A stretch of 63,200 nucleotides of DNA, counting the filler, from Choristocarpus tenellus KU-1152 (Eukaryota > Protista > Phaeophyceae), in the NCBI GenBank assembly GCA_964200185.2. It is 9 parts of 9 records of this genome, joined end to end, with 100 filler letters (N's around TTAATTAATTAA, not from the genome) between each part and the next. Parts side by side here need not be neighbours in the genome. Positions count along the whole stretch, not along the records: positions 60,313 to 63,200 come from CAXNAD020023902.1; 8 more parts are not named here. The stretch is one strand, 5' to 3'. Shown here piece after piece: positions 60,313 to 63,200 of this stretch. Both the position numbers and the translations under genes were made by a program. Position 1 is the first letter of the stretch, and each line of letters begins with the position of its first letter. The notes beneath the pieces were generated by a model. That model was not told the origin of the DNA. It did not search any database and saw only the letters and a program-made list of their open reading frames with translations.

Positions 60313-60950
60313 CCAAAAATCGCGACATTAGAAAATTGCCCCCAAATGGACAGCTGCAACCCCCTCCCAGATACTTTGAGCCTGGGCCCACACAGCCCCT
60401 GGAGCCAGTGCATCGGATTCCTCCTGTGGAGTTCAGACACACTACCAGCAGGTCTCCGGGGAGATTAAAGATGCAGTTCAATAGGTGCACGGTGGCCGGG
60501 TGCAGGAGGCAAATACAGACACCAGACATACACCTTTCCTAGGGATGATACCAGACATACAAATCTGCCAGGCAATGGTAATTCCTTCTGCAAGCCGGTT
60601 TACAATAGAAGGGAATTTCTACATGGATATGTGGTGTTCCATGCTGGAACATTGTCAGAGGCTGGCTTAGCACCCTATCGCGGTAAATGCCTACTTCTGG
60701 GTGTCGCTTTTGCAGGTCCAGGCAGCTTGAGTCAAACCAACTGAGAGGAAGACAGAGTTGCATTTGAAGGATCCCAAGAAAGATCAAAACATGTCGTTTT
60801 TTTGTAGAATTGCAGAAAGAGTCTTTTGCTGAATTGAGGTTCCACCTTGTGTGTGGAAAGGGGGGATATCAATTTTGTGTACTCTCTTGAGTCAACCCAA
60901 CTAAGAGGTAGATAGGGTTGCTTTTTAAGAATCCCGAAAACCCCCAAAAT

Positions 60951-61209
60951 GAGCCAAAGTATCTTAGAGGGTAGAGTCGCGTCCATTTGGGGGCCAATAT
61001 CCAATGTTGCAATTGTGATGCAATTTTGGCTGTCGTGTTTGTTAGGAAGAGTCAGTATCTATGTTCCGAACAAACCTTTTCATAACATACATACTTTACC
61101 TGCTCCTAAACATTTTGGAGTAAGGAAATTGTCATCAAAAACCCATGGGAAGCCAACCCCCAAATGGACAAACAGGGCAAAACTCGTACCCTCTAAGATA
61201 CTTTCACTC
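60951..61209. mobile_element. MITE family A, TSD AAAT
   Basis: AAAT at 60947-60950 and 61210-61213. Confidence 0.92.
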
Positions 61210-61469
61210 AAATGTGTCATTTAGTAAAATTGCAGAAAGCGACTTTGCTCAATTGTGTTGTCACATCGCGTGTAGTAAGTTGGAATGTCATTTCCGCCAA
61301 CACTGTTGTGCACATCAAGCAATGAAATAGGTTGCATTGCACAGGGCAAGAAAGATGACTTTGAATGCAAAAGGGTCCAAACCTGTCTACCTCTCGATTG
61401 GTTTGGCTCATTGTACACATCAAACAATGAATTGAGTGTATTGATCAGTTAGAATGCAAAAGGGTTCAA

Positions 61470-61726
61470 GTGTCAAAGTATTTTTGAGGGTAGAGTCGCG
61501 TCCGTTTGGGGACCAAACCGATGTTGCGATTTTGATGCAATTTAGGCTATTGTATTTGTTAGGAAGTGTCAATATCCTTATTCCAGACACACTTTTTCAT
61601 AACGAACATATTTTACCTACTCCGAAACATTTTGGAGTAGGAAAAAGTTATAAAAACCCCCAAAAGAAACCAATCCCCAAACGGACAAACAGGGCAAAAC
61701 TCCTACCCTCTAAGATATCTTCACTC
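61470..61726. mobile_element. MITE family A, TSD TCAA
   Basis: TCAA on both sides; the homologous empty site AAGGGTCCAA|ACCTG is visible at 61371-61385. Confidence 0.92.
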
Positions 61727-61874
61727 TCAAACCTGGTCACCTCTCGATTGGTTTGGCTCCTTGACAGCTGATCAACTCACCCACCAACAATGGTGTCACT
61801 GCTGTGGCAGCCGAGGCCCGAAACTGCCCCCGCTACAAGGGGTCTTTTGATCCTCGTAGTTTAATATCAAAACC

Positions 61875-62160
61875 TCTATGGTGGAAACTTTTGGTCGCCT
61901 TGGTAAGCAAACAGAGAGTTTCCTTAGTGAATTGGTTACCCATGTAGTTGAGAGGAGAGGGGCTGGGGGATATATCAGGAAAGGGTCTTTCAAGACTTGT
62001 TTGAGGCAGATAACACCTTTCTTAACCACGCTGGCAAGTATCTCTTTCGAGGTGTCACGGATTTTAAGCTGAGACACTGGGTCAGTGGGTATGAAGGGGT
62101 CTCACAGATTCTCGGGATTTCTCTCTTGCTCCTCGCCCAACTTCGTAGCACTAGACTAGA
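61875..62160 (+). mobile_element. CRE-like LINE 3' fragment
   Basis: VETFGRLGKQTESFLSELVTHVVERRGAGGYIRKG matches the other copies. Confidence 0.7.
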
Positions 62161-63084
62161 GGTATATTAGTTATGTGAACATTGGTCTGTGGCAGGGGAC
62201 ACTGTTGTATACAATTGTAGTAGTAATTTCAGATATTAACAACTCTCAGAACACGAAATTAATGAGTAGGCGTAAGAACCAGGGGCGGATGCTAATTTTC
62301 TACGTACTCAACTATTTAATCACTACCTTTTTTTCGTGTGTGAGAGGTAGGACCGAACGCTCACCAATTCTCGAAAATTATAGAGGCATTATCAGCATTA
62401 TTGATGGTTGGGTAAACTAACTTTTTCAAAAGTTACCTAAATTAACGACAAATAAATGAAGCCGTATCGATAACAATGGTATCAGTACGTCGTAGCAAGT
62501 TGTGTTCGCCATTCAGACAGATTCACATGCCGGACAATTGAAATCTGATTTGTGGCATATAATTCAATTTCCGACAAATCAATTACATATTCCTGCTGTA
62601 AACCAGAGTCATGGAGGTTGGGGCGCATAATACACACAAATTTAAGATTTAGGAGCTAACTCTTTCATATTTGTGGATCCGAATCATTTGGACTCATTCA
62701 TATTTCTGAGAGTAGTGTGGGACAAATCTTCCAACGACAAGATGAAATGTTGACTCTAATAAACACACTGTGATTTGTACAGCTTTTGCTAACAAGGGCA
62801 AATCATTGTGGAGGAATTCAAATCAATGTAATTATTCGAGGAACCGTTTGTTCATCCTCCACAACAGATAGGAGAGAAGTACGTACAAATTCTTGTACAT
62901 GTCATAGATGGGTGGGTGGTACGACAAATACTTCTACATGTTTCGCAGAGGATGAGTCGTACCGGCATAGTTGTACATGTTTTAACACAAGAGTGGTGGT
63001 ACCGATACGCAAATTGCGACCACTGACCACCCAAACACAGAATGATTTTACGGGTACATGTTTGCAACTTACAAATAAATGTTA

Positions 63085-63200
63085 AGGGACACCAACATGA
63101 CAGACTGCAGACGATAATTGTTTCGGTGACTACGCAAGTAGCATTATCTAGACGAGTCATGCGTTTTAATCTAGAGTCACCAGGGAGATGGGCAAGGAGG
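63085..63200 (+). mobile_element. CRE-like LINE 3' fragment running off the window
   Basis: Close match to 42460-42560 (TCGGTGACTACGCAAGT...TCTAGACG...CTAGAGTCACCAGGGAGATGGGCA). Confidence 0.85.

Larger units (their letters stand above)
60729..61759. mobile_element. Nested MITE cluster: family C (outer, TSD CTT) containing family C (60889-61409) and two family A copies
   Basis: Two family C left ends (60729, 60889) and two right ends (61409, 61759). Confidence 0.8.

Noticed and set aside
12731-61726. Many short ORFs sharing peptides such as LSQSILEGR and PTPKHFG, as a gene family or CRISPR-like repeats
   Set aside because: They are translations of dispersed family A MITE copies with TIRs and TSDs; there is no regular spacing and no cas genes.
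1-63200. A multi-gene cluster linking the KH, TBC, lectin, FAH, MBOAT and ARM genes
   Set aside because: The genes lie on different contigs joined artificially, so adjacency is not evidence of a system.
1-63200. tRNA, rRNA or other structured RNA genes
   Set aside because: None recognisable by eye; tRNAscan-SE or Infernal would be needed to exclude them.

Overview
Eukaryotic, intron-rich and TE-rich nuclear DNA. Splice signals, repeat types and gene content suggest a stramenopile, possibly a brown alga; this assignment is inference. The window is not one locus. It is nine contigs joined by eight artificial 100-nt linkers (N44-TTAATTAATTAA-N44), so neighbourhood across linkers carries no meaning. 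Spliced genes reconstructed by hand: a Q-rich single-KH protein (+, <1-6240); a TBC RabGAP with a rhodanese-like motif, TBC1D23-like (-, >14626-<9704); a secreted, probably GPI-anchored protein with an EPN-type C-type lectin domain between three copies of an unrecognised Cys-containing domain (-, ~26748-18955; the most interesting item); a TPR-protein first exon head-to-head with an FAH-family hydrolase; the last exon of an MBOAT acyltransferase (DGAT1/ACAT-like); and an ARM-like repeat protein (-, ~59815-54588). Repeats: one Copia family (a TSD-bounded but rearranged element at 42198-46493, two further 3' halves and a 5' LTR); many fragments of a CRE-like non-LTR retrotransposon; and three related MITE families (mostly GAG...CTC ends, 3- or 4-bp TSDs, Sola2-like), including a three-level nest. 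Gene bodies are strongly CpG-depleted with CpG-rich patches, which suggests DNA methylation. All gene models and family calls come from manual motif and splice-phase reading, with no database search.
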